40,848 nt of DNA from an uncultured Porphyromonadaceae bacterium (GCA_947176285.1 CAMWQF010000001.1:1-40848); one strand, 5' to 3'; counted from the stretch's first letter, positions 16,832 to 27,288 are shown. Translations and numbers: made by a program. Notes: generated by a model not told the origin, from the letters alone.

Positions 16832-19474
16832 ATGACTTTTAAAAGAACCATCATACGGATTATGCTTGCGGTCGCTGCTATTGTGGCGACATTGCCTGTG
16901 CAGGCGCAAACGCCTTCCAATGACACCGTATATTCTCCCGAAATTATCTATAGTCCTATTCCAAAGGTTTATGAGATTGCCGGGATCTCAGTTACGGGTG
17001 TCCCGGATGTGGAGGACTACGTGATAATTGGATATTCAGGTCTCTCCGTAGGTGAGAAAGTGGAGATCCCGGGCGATGCAATATCAACTGCTGTAAAGCG
17101 ATTCTATAAGCAGGGTCTGTATTCGAAAGTGGAAATTAATCTTGTTAAGACAGTCGGCGACAAGGCATGGCTGGAGATTGCTCTAAAGCAGCAGCCTCGA
17201 ATGGCAGAAATTCGATTTACGGGAGTAAAAGGCTCTGAAAAGAAGGATCTTCTTGAGCGTCTTGGTGTGGAGAAAGGGCAGCAGCTTACTCCAAATATCG
17301 TAGCGCGTATTGTTCAGGTTGTGAAGAAATATTATGAAGATAAGGGATTTAAGGATGTTATAGTCACTTCTACTCAGCAGCCTGACATCTCTCAAGATAA
17401 TTATAACTTCCTCACGGTAAATGTCGACCGTCAGAATAAAGTCAAGGTTCATAAGATATATATCAATGGCAACAACGTTCTTAGTGATCGCAAGTTTAAG
17501 AATGCCATGAAGAAGACCAATGAGAACCATGACATTCTCAATCTTTTCAAGCAGAAGAAATTCATTGAATCGGACTATGCGGATGACAAGAACCGTATTA
17601 TTGAGAAGTATAACGAACTCGGTTATCGTGATGCAGAGATTCTCAGCGACTCAATCGTGAAATATGACGATAAAGAAATAGATATTTATCTGACAGTTGA
17701 TGAAGGAGACAGATATTATATAAAGGATATCAACTGGGTTGGTAATACTGTCTATCCTACTGAGTTCTTAAATCAGATTCTTGGCATGTATCCGGGTGAT
17801 GTCTATAATCAGAAGCGCCTGAGCAAGCGAACAATGGAAGATGATGATGCTGTAGGCAACTTGTATCTCGACAATGGCTATCTGTTTTTCCAACTCGTGC
17901 CAATAGAGCAGCACGTGGAGGGTGACAGCATATCGCTTCTTATGCGTATTTATGAGGGACAGCCTGCAAGGATTAATAAAGTGGTGATTAACGGTAACGA
18001 CCAACTTTATGAGAAAGTAATCCGCCGCGAACTGCGTGTTAAACCGGGAGACTTGTTCTCTAAACGCGCTTTGATGAACTCTGCGCGTGAGATTGCAGCG
18101 TCCGGACATTTCGACCCGGAGACGATGGGCATCAACCCTGTTGAAAATCCTGCTGACGGCACTGTCGACATTGTGTTTGACCTTGAGCAAAAGGCAAACG
18201 ATAAAGTGCAGCTTTCGTTTGGTTGGGGACAGACCGGTGTGACCGGGCAGGTGGCTTTGTCATTCTCTAACTTCTCTATCAAGAATCTCTTTAACCCGCA
18301 AAGTTATCGTGGCATAATCCCTCGTGGCGACGGGCAGACATTCTCGATTTCAGCACAGACCAATGCCAAGTATTACCAAAGTTACAACATCAGTTTCTTT
18401 GATCCTTGGCTCGGAGGAAAGCGTCCAAATTCATTCTCGTTCTCAGTTGATTACAGCCGTTCTACCGGAGTCAACAGCCGATTCTATAATCAGAGCTGGA
18501 TGAGTGCAGGTGCCATGTATCCATATTATGGAGGATCGTATCATAACGATTATAATTATGGTCAGTATTATTATCAGAATGCCTATGACCCTAACAAAGT
18601 GCTCCAACTTGCCGGTGTAACTGCTGCTTACGGTACGCGTCTGACATGGCCTGACGATTACTTCCAGTTCCAGGTTTCGCTTGCCTACCGTTGGTATTAC
18701 CTTAAGAATTGGGAATATCTCCGGTTTATGCAGACCGGTTCGGCAAACTCTTTGGTGCTTGGGCTTATGCTGAGCAGAAATACTACCGATCAGCCGATTT
18801 ATCCTAAAAATGGCTCTAGTTTCATGCTCTCATTGCAGATGACTCCGCCATGGACCAAATTCCGTCACGGACATGATTGGAAGACTCTTGCCGCAGAGGC
18901 TGCCAAATATGACGCTAAAGCGCAGGCTGAACTCTATAAGTGGATAGAATATTGGAAACTTAAATTCCAGGCTAAGACATTCACACCCCTTACAGATGTT
19001 GATGGACAGTGGACTCTTGTGATGATGACAAAAGCAGATTTCGCAATATTGGGTTCCTACAACAAGTATGTGAAATCTCCGTTTGAGACATTCTACTTTG
19101 GTGGCGACGGTATGACCGGAAGTTACACATATGCCACAGAAACTGTGTCAATGCGTGGCTATGAGAACGGACAGTTTACTCCTAACTTCTATGAGGCGTA
19201 TGCATATTCGAAATTCACATTCGAACTTCGTTTCCCATTCATGCTACAGCCAAATACTACGATATTCGCCCTTGCATTTGCTGAAGCCGGTAATGCATGG
19301 ACAGATATAAAAGACTTTGCTCCGTTCAACTTGAAACGTTCTGCCGGTGTCGGAATTCGACTCTATCTCTCGATGCTTGGTTTCCTTGGTATTGACTGGG
19401 GTTATGGTTTCGACAAGGTATGGGGCAGACGAGGCGGCGGCAACTTGCACTTCGTGCTCGGACAAGAATTCTAA
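16832..19474 (+). CDS. bamA: Outer membrane protein assembly factor BamA
   Basis: POTRA domains, SMRGY lid motif, C-terminal HFVLGQEF. Confidence 0.96.
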   Translation: MTFKRTIIRIMLAVAAIVATLPVQAQTPSNDTVYSPEIIYSPIPKVYEIAGISVTGVPDVEDYVIIGYSGLSVGEKVEIPGDAISTAVKRFYKQGLYSKVEINLVKTVGDKAWLEIALKQQPRMAEIRFTGVKGSEKKDLLERLGVEKGQQLTPNIVARIVQVVKKYYEDKGFKDVIVTSTQQPDISQDNYNFLTVNVDRQNKVKVHKIYINGNNVLSDRKFKNAMKKTNENHDILNLFKQKKFIESDYADDKNRIIEKYNELGYRDAEILSDSIVKYDDKEIDIYLTVDEGDRYYIKDINWVGNTVYPTEFLNQILGMYPGDVYNQKRLSKRTMEDDDAVGNLYLDNGYLFFQLVPIEQHVEGDSISLLMRIYEGQPARINKVVINGNDQLYEKVIRRELRVKPGDLFSKRALMNSAREIAASGHFDPETMGINPVENPADGTVDIVFDLEQKANDKVQLSFGWGQTGVTGQVALSFSNFSIKNLFNPQSYRGIIPRGDGQTFSISAQTNAKYYQSYNISFFDPWLGGKRPNSFSFSVDYSRSTGVNSRFYNQSWMSAGAMYPYYGGSYHNDYNYGQYYYQNAYDPNKVLQLAGVTAAYGTRLTWPDDYFQFQVSLAYRWYYLKNWEYLRFMQTGSANSLVLGLMLSRNTTDQPIYPKNGSSFMLSLQMTPPWTKFRHGHDWKTLAAEAAKYDAKAQAELYKWIEYWKLKFQAKTFTPLTDVDGQWTLVMMTKADFAILGSYNKYVKSPFETFYFGGDGMTGSYTYATETVSMRGYENGQFTPNFYEAYAYSKFTFELRFPFMLQPNTTIFALAFAEAGNAWTDIKDFAPFNLKRSAGVGIRLYLSMLGFLGIDWGYGFDKVWGRRGGGNLHFVLGQEF

Positions 19475-19574
19475 TCGAGGGTTAATGCTCCAGAGTGAAA
19501 CTAAAGGGGTTTAAACTTTAAGGATAGAAAATTGTCTTTATTGTTGTAGTATGAAACTTTTAAATAGAAATAAC

Positions 19575-20090
19575 ATGAAGAAACTTATAATATCATTCGC
19601 GCTGGTGATTGCTGCTTGCGTGGGAGCATACGCTCAGAAGTTTGCTCTTGTGGATATGGATTATATCCTTCGAAACGTGCCGAGTTATGAGATGGCTAAC
19701 GAGCAGCTCAATCAAGTGTCTCAGCGCTGGGAGCGTGAGGTGACTGAACTCTCTAAGGAGGCTGAGACAATGTATAAGAACTATCAGTCGGAAATGATAT
19801 TCCTGACAGATGATCAGAAGAAGGCTCGCGAAGAGGAACTTGTGGCTAAAGAGAAGGAGGTGACTGACCTTCGCTACAAATATTTTGGTCCTGAAGGAGA
19901 ACTTTTCAAAAAGCGTCAGAGCCTTATGAAGCCAATTCAGGAAGATGTCTATAATGCCGTTAAGGCTGTAAGCGAGGAAAAGGGATATCAGGTGATATTC
20001 GACCGTGCTTCCTCTCAGAGCATTGTGTTTGCTTCCCCAAAGATTGATGTGAGCAACGAAGTGCTTGCAAAGTTAGGATACTCTAAGTAA
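19575..20090 (+). CDS. skp: OmpH/Skp periplasmic chaperone
   Basis: QKFALVDMDYIL, coiled-coil arms, DVSNEVL; start likely ATG 19575. Confidence 0.92.
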   Translation: MKKLIISFALVIAACVGAYAQKFALVDMDYILRNVPSYEMANEQLNQVSQRWEREVTELSKEAETMYKNYQSEMIFLTDDQKKAREEELVAKEKEVTDLRYKYFGPEGELFKKRQSLMKPIQEDVYNAVKAVSEEKGYQVIFDRASSQSIVFASPKIDVSNEVLAKLGYSK

Positions 20091-20127
20091 GAAATATATA
20101 ATATTAAATAATACAAACAAGAAAGAA

Positions 20128-20634
20128 ATGATCAAGAAAGTACTTTTGGCAATCGCGCTTATCTGCCCGATGCTTCTGTCCGCTCAGACACTCAAGATCG
20201 GACTCGTAGACTTTGATGCAATTTTTGCCGTAATGCCGGAGACGGCTGCCGCGCAGAACCAACTTAAGGAAGTTGGCGACAAGTATGAAGCAGAATATAA
20301 GAAACTCGGAGAGGAGATGAATCGTCTCATGACAGAGTATCAGAATATGCCTGAAAATGAACTTCCTGCCATCAGAGAGCGCAAAGCTCGTGAACTTACC
20401 GACTATCAGCAGAAACTTCAACAGTTTGAGGCGTCTGCAGGTCAGGATTTGCAGAAAATGCAGATTGACCTTATGGGTCCAATTCAGCAGAAGATCAATC
20501 AGGCTGTGGAGAGTGTAGGCATGGAAGGAAATTTCTCACTTATCCAGATGTATAATCCTCAGCTTACTCTCTATCGCGCTGCTCCGGTTGAAGATGTCAC
20601 TGATGCAGTAAAGGCTAAGCTTGGCGTGAAATAA
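20128..20634 (+). CDS. skp: Second OmpH/Skp chaperone
   Basis: KIGLVD...MPE, DVTDAVKAKLG. Confidence 0.9.
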   Translation: MIKKVLLAIALICPMLLSAQTLKIGLVDFDAIFAVMPETAAAQNQLKEVGDKYEAEYKKLGEEMNRLMTEYQNMPENELPAIRERKARELTDYQQKLQQFEASAGQDLQKMQIDLMGPIQQKINQAVESVGMEGNFSLIQMYNPQLTLYRAAPVEDVTDAVKAKLGVK

Positions 20635-20660
20635 ATCGACAATGTGTTGAATGCAACACT

Positions 20661-21533
20661 ATGATAAATATGCATGAAAAGACAATGGCGGGGGCTGATG
20701 CTTCCGCCATTTCAGTAGGGCGTATCGGAGTCTTTGATTCCGGCTATGGCGGACTTACGATACTTCGTGAACTTAGGAACACTCTTCCTGAGTATGACTA
20801 TCTTTATTTGGGCGACAATGCTCGTGCGCCTTACGGATCGAGGAGTTTTGAGATAATCTATAAATATACTCTCGAAGCCGTAAAGGAACTGTTCTCGCGT
20901 GGTTGTCCACTTGTCATATTGGCATGTAATACCGCTTCGGCAAAAGCATTGCGCACTATCCAGCAGAGAGATCTTCCTGAGATAGATCCTTCAAGAAGGG
21001 TATTGGGTGTGATTCGACCTACCGTTGAGATTCTTAATGATGTGTCGGCTTCAGGTCATGTGGGCGTCCTTGGAACTCCGGGCACTGTTGCAAGCCATTC
21101 ATATCAGATAGAGACTGTCAAACTGTTTCCTAAAATGACTGTCACAGAGCAGTCGTGTCCTCTTTGGGTGCCTATAGTAGAGAATTCAGAGGCTGATGGA
21201 GATGGCGCTGATTATTTTGTGAAAAAATATATCGATGAATTAATGGCGAAGGATGCGGATGTTGATACCTTCGTGCTTGGATGCACGCATTATCCTTTAC
21301 TGATCGAAAAGATTAGGAAGTATGCTCCCGAGCGTGTTAAGATACTGGAGCAGGGACGCCTTGTGGCAGAATCATTAAAAGATTATCTTCGCAGGCATCC
21401 TGAGATGGACTGCCGTCTGTCAAGAGGGGGAAGTGTGGAATATCTCACCAGTGAGAATCCTGAAAAGTTTGATTCTTTGGCATCCGTGTTCACGCATCAG
21501 GAAGTAAGGTCATGTCGTTGTTCGCTTGATTGA
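20661..21533 (+). CDS. murI: Glutamate racemase
   Basis: FDSGYGG, ACNTAS, LGCTHYP. Confidence 0.97.
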   Translation: MINMHEKTMAGADASAISVGRIGVFDSGYGGLTILRELRNTLPEYDYLYLGDNARAPYGSRSFEIIYKYTLEAVKELFSRGCPLVILACNTASAKALRTIQQRDLPEIDPSRRVLGVIRPTVEILNDVSASGHVGVLGTPGTVASHSYQIETVKLFPKMTVTEQSCPLWVPIVENSEADGDGADYFVKKYIDELMAKDADVDTFVLGCTHYPLLIEKIRKYAPERVKILEQGRLVAESLKDYLRRHPEMDCRLSRGGSVEYLTSENPEKFDSLASVFTHQEVRSCRCSLD

Positions 21534-21547
21534 AAAAATATACGAAT

Positions 21548-21802
21548 ATGGAAAATGAAAACATATCTGTAGATGTCACTGCAAGATTGCAGGCTCTGTC
21601 AGAACGCTTAGCGGCTGATGCCGATGACGAAATGGCATTGATAGAACGTGGACGATTGTATTGGGCACTCGGCAAGCGCAGTGAGGCAATCAACGACTAT
21701 CTGGCGGCACAAAAGATAAATCCGAATGGGGATGCCAAGCAGTTGCTGAAGGCTACCTACGAAATACTTGATTTCTATAATAAAGACCTATATAATCCTT
21801 AA
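21548..21802 (+). CDS. Small TPR protein
   Basis: RGRLYWALG...AINDY; C-terminal ILDFYNKDLYNP as in conserved Bacteroidales small TPR proteins. Confidence 0.75.
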   Translation: MENENISVDVTARLQALSERLAADADDEMALIERGRLYWALGKRSEAINDYLAAQKINPNGDAKQLLKATYEILDFYNKDLYNP

Positions 21803-22170
21803 AGTTCCCAGGGGAAGAACATAGGGACTTGCACAGCCTTTACCTTTTGGCGTGGTGTATACTTACGTTGAGGATAGAGCATTATTCGGCGTTCGTCGAT
21901 CCATCCGCGGTCGTGATTCCGTATTTGTGCCACAGCGAGTCCTTGCATACTTTTAGCGCGAAGGCGTAAGTCGCCCGTAAGGTCAGTCATATCGGCTACC
22001 TTGCGGGTTTCATATTCCATTACGCATTGGTCGCCCACCATCACGCGCACTGATATTCTGTCGCCATAGCTCATGAGGCGGTTGCTGCGTCCTACCGGCA
22101 CGCGGCGGACGGTGCGTGAAGTATAGATAGGTGCTCCTGAAGAACCGGAAGTGTAGTAAGTGCTGTTCAT
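21799..22170 (-). CDS. Hypothetical basic protein
   Basis: 123 aa ORF with its own TATTTTTG -7 box at 22219-22226; no recognised motif. Confidence 0.6.
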   Translation of the reverse strand: MNSTYYTSGSSGAPIYTSRTVRRVPVGRSNRLMSYGDRISVRVMVGDQCVMEYETRKVADMTDLTGDLRLRAKSMQGLAVAQIRNHDRGWIDERRIMLYPQRKYTPRQKVKAVQVPMFFPWEL

Positions 22171-22301
22171 AATCGGACTATTTTGCGGGTTGCAAAAGGC
22201 AACTCAAGTTTTATAGTGCAAAAATAGTTCGATATGATGCACGGATTAGGCAGTCAAATGCAAAAGGATGTTAATGACTGCCCGTTTTCCATGCAGTCAT
22301 C

Positions 22302-22334
22302 AAAAAAATGCCTTGCGATATATATCGCAAGGCA
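22302..22334 (-). terminator. Terminator of tRNA-Leu
   Basis: TGCCTTGCGATA/TATCGCAAGGCA hairpin plus U7. Confidence 0.85.
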
Positions 22335-22340
22335 AAACCG

Positions 22341-22425
22341 TACAGGAAATGGGACTCGAACCCACACAGCCCGCAAAGGCCAGGGGATTTTAAGTCCCCC
22401 GTGTCTACCATTCCACCATTCCTGC
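22341..22425 (-). tRNA. tRNA-Leu (TAA), CCA not encoded
   Basis: GCAGGAA/TTCCTGT acceptor stem, GGGGA-CTTAAAA-TCCCC anticodon arm, long variable arm, GTTCGAG T-loop. Confidence 0.96.
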
Positions 22426-22454
22426 ATCAGGAAATCCGGATTGGATTCCACATG

Positions 22455-22486
22455 CAAAGTTAATGACTTTTTTGCATCCTACCAAA
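22455..22486 (-). promoter_or_regulatory. tRNA promoter
   Basis: TTTG-N20-TAACTTTG. Confidence 0.85.
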
Positions 22487-22495
22487 TTTTTTGGT

Positions 22496-22527
22496 AAAAA
22501 AGATGCCTCGCGGCTTGCGAGGCATCT
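22496..22527 (-). terminator. ompA terminator
   Basis: AGATGCCTCGC/GCGAGGCATCT stem plus U-tract. Confidence 0.85.
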
Positions 22528-22565
22528 AAACTTGCCGATCTTTCGGCATTCACCTAAAGTTATTT

Positions 22566-23738
22566 TTATTTAGTAACGCTAGTTTCTGTTGATACCGGAG
22601 CACCATTGTCAAGAGTGCAGATTGCAACGCGGTTCCAGCTTTCTTCTTCAAACATGTGGCCGATGCCCATGCCTTCTGCCTTAATTCTGCTTGCAGGTAT
22701 GCCATACTTGCTTACGAGCATGTCCTTAACTGATTCAGCACGCTGGTTGGCGAGACGTTCGTTGACTTCTACAGGACCATCCTGAGATGCATAACCCTTG
22801 ATGCTGACTGTAGCCTTCGGGTGATTCTTGAGGTAAGAAGCAACTGCTGCTACGTTTGGAAGTTGGTCGGCAGGAACATTGTAGCGACCGATAGCGAAGT
22901 TGACATATCTTACGGTGCTGAGGAAGTCTTGAGTTTCCTTAACTACGACCGGTTTCTGATTTTTGAGTTTCTGGATTTCAGATGCGAGAAGCATGTTCTC
23001 ATTGTTGCTTGCATTCAAAGCATCTGCAGCGGCTGCAACATCAGCACGAAGGTTTGTAACCTTTTCATTAAGCATTGCAATTTCGTCGAGGTTGTAGTTT
23101 GGCACTGTGTATTTGAATCCATCACCGAGTTTTACAGAAACGCCAGCCATCACATTGATAGTAGCTTTCTTTGCGTTGTAAGCAGCTGATGATTGCGCTA
23201 CATGAGCATCGCTCATATCATATAGTACGCTTGGACGAATGGAAAGAGTCACATTGTCGCTTACATTGAAGTTGAAATTAAGTCCTGCTTTAGTAGCGAA
23301 GAAGTTGCGGTCTGTGCCTTTGCCATTCTGATAGAGGTGACCCCATCCGGCTCCTGCTACTGCTTCAATGTCGAATACATTCTTTGTGCCATAAGGCTGG
23401 AAAAGTTGGAAGAGATTCAAGGCTGCATACGGGCCAACATAACTTGCATCGAATGCTGTAGTGGAATGATCCATACCTTTCCAATTGGAAGTGTTGACTG
23501 CGAAATCACCTTCAGCACCTACTCCGAACGCCGGAGTGATCTGTTTGCGGATATCGATTCCGGCAACTCCGCGCATATCTTTGAAGAAATTCTTTCCGCT
23601 TGTCATAGGAGTGGTTGCTCCGCCCTGAAGTCCGATAGAGATGTTGCTGAAGAGGCCTGGTTTCTGCATGGCTTCCTGGGCTGTCATGGTTGCCGCGCCT
23701 GTGAGAAGGAGTGTGGCGGCGAGTAATGTCTTTTTCAT
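22566..23738 (-). CDS. ompA: OmpA-family outer membrane protein
   Basis: Signal peptide, N-terminal barrel, coiled linker, OmpA_C motifs GYAS.DG, NERLANQRAESV, WNR. Confidence 0.92.
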   Translation of the reverse strand: MKKTLLAATLLLTGAATMTAQEAMQKPGLFSNISIGLQGGATTPMTSGKNFFKDMRGVAGIDIRKQITPAFGVGAEGDFAVNTSNWKGMDHSTTAFDASYVGPYAALNLFQLFQPYGTKNVFDIEAVAGAGWGHLYQNGKGTDRNFFATKAGLNFNFNVSDNVTLSIRPSVLYDMSDAHVAQSSAAYNAKKATINVMAGVSVKLGDGFKYTVPNYNLDEIAMLNEKVTNLRADVAAAADALNASNNENMLLASEIQKLKNQKPVVVKETQDFLSTVRYVNFAIGRYNVPADQLPNVAAVASYLKNHPKATVSIKGYASQDGPVEVNERLANQRAESVKDMLVSKYGIPASRIKAEGMGIGHMFEEESWNRVAICTLDNGAPVSTETSVTK

Positions 23739-23949
23739 AATTGTGCGTTTTTAAGTTAAAAAATTAAGATAAATTTATTTTGCGGTTACAGCTTCAATGA
23801 AGAATATTCCGCTTCAGTGAAATTGTACCATTAAAACACGCAAGTGTGGAAAATGGATTAATGGAAATGTGAAAAATTTTTTATTTTAACATTTATTAAC
23901 ACGACAACTTATTGGTTATCATTAATATGTAGGTTGGATAAATTATAAT

Positions 23950-23978
23950 AAAAAAGGACGCACGAGTCTTGCGTCCTT
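23950..23978 (-). terminator. Terminator of rhomboid-EEP operon
   Basis: AAGGACGCA/TGCGTCCTT stem plus U-tract. Confidence 0.75.
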
Positions 23979-23999
23979 ACGTTGATATCTGAGAATTCA

Positions 24000-25115
24000 C
24001 TATTTTATGATCTCGAATGTAGCTTCTATAGGGTAGTGGTCGGAAGAGTTGATGCGGTGCCGCTTTGTCTTCAGGGCCTTCAGTTGATTGCCCCGATAGA
24101 AAATCTGATCAATGTGGAATAGGAAGAGAAATTGGTTGAATGTGTTGGTCGGGCCGAGGCTTGTCTGGGAATATGCGTCATGAAAACCCGCATTGCGCAT
24201 GATGCGGTATGCCCAACTTCCCGGCACATCATTGAAGTCGCCGCAAGCGATTATTGGATCAATATCAGCCGTAGTCTCTGCCATCTCAGTCACATTATAC
24301 GATCTGGCTCGGAATGCCTCTCCAAGTTTTGGGAAAATCTCTTGGCGGAACTCCTTATAACTTTTCTTGGCGGTGTTCACACTGCGAATTTCTGTCACTA
24401 CCTCGCGTTCTGTGTCTGTGAGATCGTAGGAAGTCATGTGAAAGTTGACGAGATGAAGTTTGAAGCCTTTGATATTGACTTCAAATAGTCTCCAACGTCT
24501 GCGATTCTTCCAGTAGTTTTCCTTTTCCGGATCATCTGTCTTGACGGGAATCATCTCAACAGGATATTTCGATAGCACTTTTAGGTCGGTATCTGTAGTC
24601 CCAGCACGATAGGGGTAGGCAGCATAGAGGGAATCTATCAGTTGCCGGCTCCAATGATGAATTTCATTGGAATCTTCAAGATTCTGAAGTTCCTGCAAGC
24701 AAACGATGTCGGCTTTATTATCAATTAGGAATTTGATGGCGCGATTGCCCGGAGCCTCTGATTTAGTGGTGTCTGCCAAATGAAGACAATTATATGTCAT
24801 CACCCTGAAGGTCCGAGTCTCATCGCCGGCAGATTTTGAAAATGCGATAGGGGTTACATCTTTGAGCGTCGACCAGCATCCTATCAGGGTTAAGATGCCC
24901 AATGCGCCCATAATCAGGCGACCGCCTTGCAACCAGAGTATGGCAGCCACGAACGTGGCGATGGCAAGATAGGGGAGAGCGAGGACAAGCACAGATGGCA
25001 ATGTCACATACTCCGGATCACATTTGCCCCCATATGCGGCTGCAATAGTGACTATGAAAAGCACTATAGAAAGTATCTTAAAAACTAATCTTATCAATGG
25101 CGAGACTATTAACAT
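24000..25115 (-). CDS. Membrane-anchored endonuclease/exonuclease/phosphatase family protein
   Basis: Three N-terminal TM helices; TYN, CLQE, CGDFN, IDQIF, SDHYP. Confidence 0.92.
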   Translation of the reverse strand: MLIVSPLIRLVFKILSIVLFIVTIAAAYGGKCDPEYVTLPSVLVLALPYLAIATFVAAILWLQGGRLIMGALGILTLIGCWSTLKDVTPIAFSKSAGDETRTFRVMTYNCLHLADTTKSEAPGNRAIKFLIDNKADIVCLQELQNLEDSNEIHHWSRQLIDSLYAAYPYRAGTTDTDLKVLSKYPVEMIPVKTDDPEKENYWKNRRRWRLFEVNIKGFKLHLVNFHMTSYDLTDTEREVVTEIRSVNTAKKSYKEFRQEIFPKLGEAFRARSYNVTEMAETTADIDPIIACGDFNDVPGSWAYRIMRNAGFHDAYSQTSLGPTNTFNQFLFLFHIDQIFYRGNQLKALKTKRHRINSSDHYPIEATFEIIK

Positions 25116-25163
25116 ATCTGATGGAGTGTTGATTGTTGGTGTGCAGATTTTTATTACTAATTT

Positions 25164-26006
25164 TTATCTTTTATCTTTATCAAGGTGGCGAGAGAGATCG
25201 TCAAGTTCCTTTCGCTCTTTACGCGAAAGGCTTTCATATCCTGAGAGTCTTATTTTGTCGAGCAATTGATCGAGACGCTGCATGTCATTTTGACGATCTT
25301 TTAAAACTTTTACCATCTTGTCGGCATTTCGTTTGGAATTGCCGCCAGCATTTGATGATGGGTGCCATTTGAGGCGAGACAACCATAAAGAAGGGTCATT
25401 CCCGGCTCGAAGCATCAAGCCTAATGCTACGCCCCAGAGTAATCCTCCAATGTGGGCTGCCTGATTGCCCCCGCCTCCAAAGAAAGTAAGCAAGCAGCAT
25501 ATCACTGCTACCCATTTCAATTTTACTTCACCAATCAGAAATAAGTTGATTTGATGATCGGGAAGCCGGATAGCAGCCACACACATCACAGCAATCACAG
25601 CCGCGCTGCATCCGCAAAGCCATCCTGAGCCAAATCCGGCTGCAGCCGATAGCAAGAAGAGGATTCCTCCCGCCAGCCCTCCTCCTACAAAAGCAAGCAG
25701 CAGATGGCGGTCGAAGAGTGTATTGATAAGAATCCTTCCAAACCAATATAGCCAAAGCACATTGAAAAGCATATGCAGCACGTCGAAATGCACAGCCATA
25801 TAAGTGATGAGTGTCCAAGGGCGGGTCAGGAAAATCGCAAAGGAAGAAGGCAACGTCAACCACTCGGCTATCGGCATGTTAAAGTGCATCATGCGGCCTG
25901 ACAGCGAGAGCAGAGTGACGACGATCCACACCAACGGAAGTCCAAGCGTAAGCCATGCCAACGTTTGGCTTCCTCCGAAATACCTTTTAATCAGTGCATA
26001 ATTCAT
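25164..26006 (-). CDS. Rhomboid protease with C-terminal helical (DUF6576-like) domain
   Basis: PWTLITY, HMLFN, GCSAA, AHIGG, LDQLLDKIRLSGYESLS; start likely ATG 26006. Confidence 0.88.
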   Translation of the reverse strand: MNYALIKRYFGGSQTLAWLTLGLPLVWIVVTLLSLSGRMMHFNMPIAEWLTLPSSFAIFLTRPWTLITYMAVHFDVLHMLFNVLWLYWFGRILINTLFDRHLLLAFVGGGLAGGILFLLSAAAGFGSGWLCGCSAAVIAVMCVAAIRLPDHQINLFLIGEVKLKWVAVICCLLTFFGGGGNQAAHIGGLLWGVALGLMLRAGNDPSLWLSRLKWHPSSNAGGNSKRNADKMVKVLKDRQNDMQRLDQLLDKIRLSGYESLSRKERKELDDLSRHLDKDKR

Positions 26007-26008
26007 AA

Positions 26009-26770
26009 TTATCGGTGCAATGTCCCTTTCTTTTTCCAATAGAGAAGCATTAAAATACCGAAGAGCATTCCTCCGAGATGGGCGAAATGAGCCACGGTGC
26101 TCATGCTGCCGCTGATGCCTAAGAAAAATTCAATTACTCCGTAGCCAATCACCATGTATTTTGCCTTTATTGGTACCGGTATGAAGAAAAGATAGAGGGG
26201 CATGTCAGGGAACGTGAATGCAAAACCGAGAAGGATGCCATACACTGCCCCGGAAGCTCCTATTGTCACCATCTGCGACTTGAAGTCGGCAATTGCTTCT
26301 ATCCACTTTTGGTCGCCGCTGCTGACAGCCGCATCTACGATTTCTCTCATATGCTCAGTGGTCAACCCATTGAGTCGGGCAATACCATTGACATATTCAG
26401 ATTTCCATGTCAGTTCCCACACTCCTTCCTGCACGAGGGCTGCGCCAACACCACAGACGAGGTAGAATACGAGGAAACGTTTGGCTCCCCACACTTGCTC
26501 CAGTATTCTGCCGAACATCCATAATGAAAACATGTTGAAGAGGATATGCATCGGACTGTGAGGGTCGTGCATGAACATGTATGTGAATATCTGTGCCGGA
26601 TTGAAAAGGGAACTGCCAAACATGTGCAGCCCGAGACGGTCTACAAGAGTCTTTGAGAAGCCGGGTACGAAGGCTTCGGCAAGCCATACGATGAGGTTTA
26701 TTATTATGAGGTTTTTGGTCACGGTTGGGATGGATCGCAACCATCCGCCGGAAGAAGATCCGTTATACAT
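26009..26770 (-). CDS. Rhomboid intramembrane serine protease
   Basis: HILFNM, GASG, AHLGG; TAATTTTG -7 box at 26809-26816. Confidence 0.93.
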   Translation of the reverse strand: MYNGSSSGGWLRSIPTVTKNLIIINLIVWLAEAFVPGFSKTLVDRLGLHMFGSSLFNPAQIFTYMFMHDPHSPMHILFNMFSLWMFGRILEQVWGAKRFLVFYLVCGVGAALVQEGVWELTWKSEYVNGIARLNGLTTEHMREIVDAAVSSGDQKWIEAIADFKSQMVTIGASGAVYGILLGFAFTFPDMPLYLFFIPVPIKAKYMVIGYGVIEFFLGISGSMSTVAHFAHLGGMLFGILMLLYWKKKGTLHR

Positions 26771-26898
26771 TTTCTGTAGAATTAAGTAGGTGTTTCTGTT
26801 TTAGAATGCAAAATTAACAAATTTAGTCTTCATTTATAGTGAAAAATACGAAAAAACACTAATTTTTATAGTTTTTTTTAAATTTTTACTCTAAAAAG

Positions 26899-26929
26899 TT
26901 TGATGTTAACAATTTTAACACTATATTTG
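26899..26929 (+). promoter_or_regulatory. HU promoter
   Basis: TTTG-N19-TATATTTG. Confidence 0.8.
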
Positions 26930-26998
26930 CGTCTTGAAATCAAACTTTTAACGAAGAACTAAGTTAGATAATTATAAACTCAACCAAAATTTAGAATT

Positions 26999-27262
26999 AT
27001 GAACAAGACAGATCTCGTCAATGAAGTAGCTGCAAAGGCAGGTCTCACGAAAGAAGACGCTAAGAAAGCCCTTAATGCAGTGCTCGAATCAATCTCTCAA
27101 GCACTTGTGAATGAAGACAAAGTGCAGCTCATCGGTTTCGGTACTTTCGCAGTGGTAGAAAAACCGGCTCGCGAAGGCATCAACCCACGTACTAAGGAAA
27201 AAATCCAGATCGAGGCTCGCAAGGTGGTTAAATTCAAGCCAGCCGACCTCCTTGGCAAGTAA
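26999..27262 (+). CDS. hup: DNA-binding protein HU
   Basis: MNKTDLV, GFGTF, REGINPRT, KFKP. Confidence 0.96.
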   Translation: MNKTDLVNEVAAKAGLTKEDAKKALNAVLESISQALVNEDKVQLIGFGTFAVVEKPAREGINPRTKEKIQIEARKVVKFKPADLLGK

Positions 27263-27288
27263 GATCTAAACTTGCGTAAAAAATTAAA

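Noticed and set aside
16640-16909. ORFs with IRFIRLIRF / INLISLINL repeats
   Set aside because: Translations of the 9-bp array overlapping uppS and bamA; likely spurious
18490-18590. Tyr-rich insertion in BamA
   Set aside because: Extracellular loop expansions of this kind are usual in Bacteroidota BamA
22274-22300. ATGACTGC/GCAGTCAT hairpin
   Set aside because: 8-bp stem beside the tRNA terminator with no independent support
22341-22425. tRNA as integration site of an island
   Set aside because: No integrase and no duplicated tRNA 3' end seen; flanks look like ordinary chromosomal genes
22234-22497. ORFs of 87 and 67 aa
   Set aside because: They overlap the tRNA, its promoter and terminator
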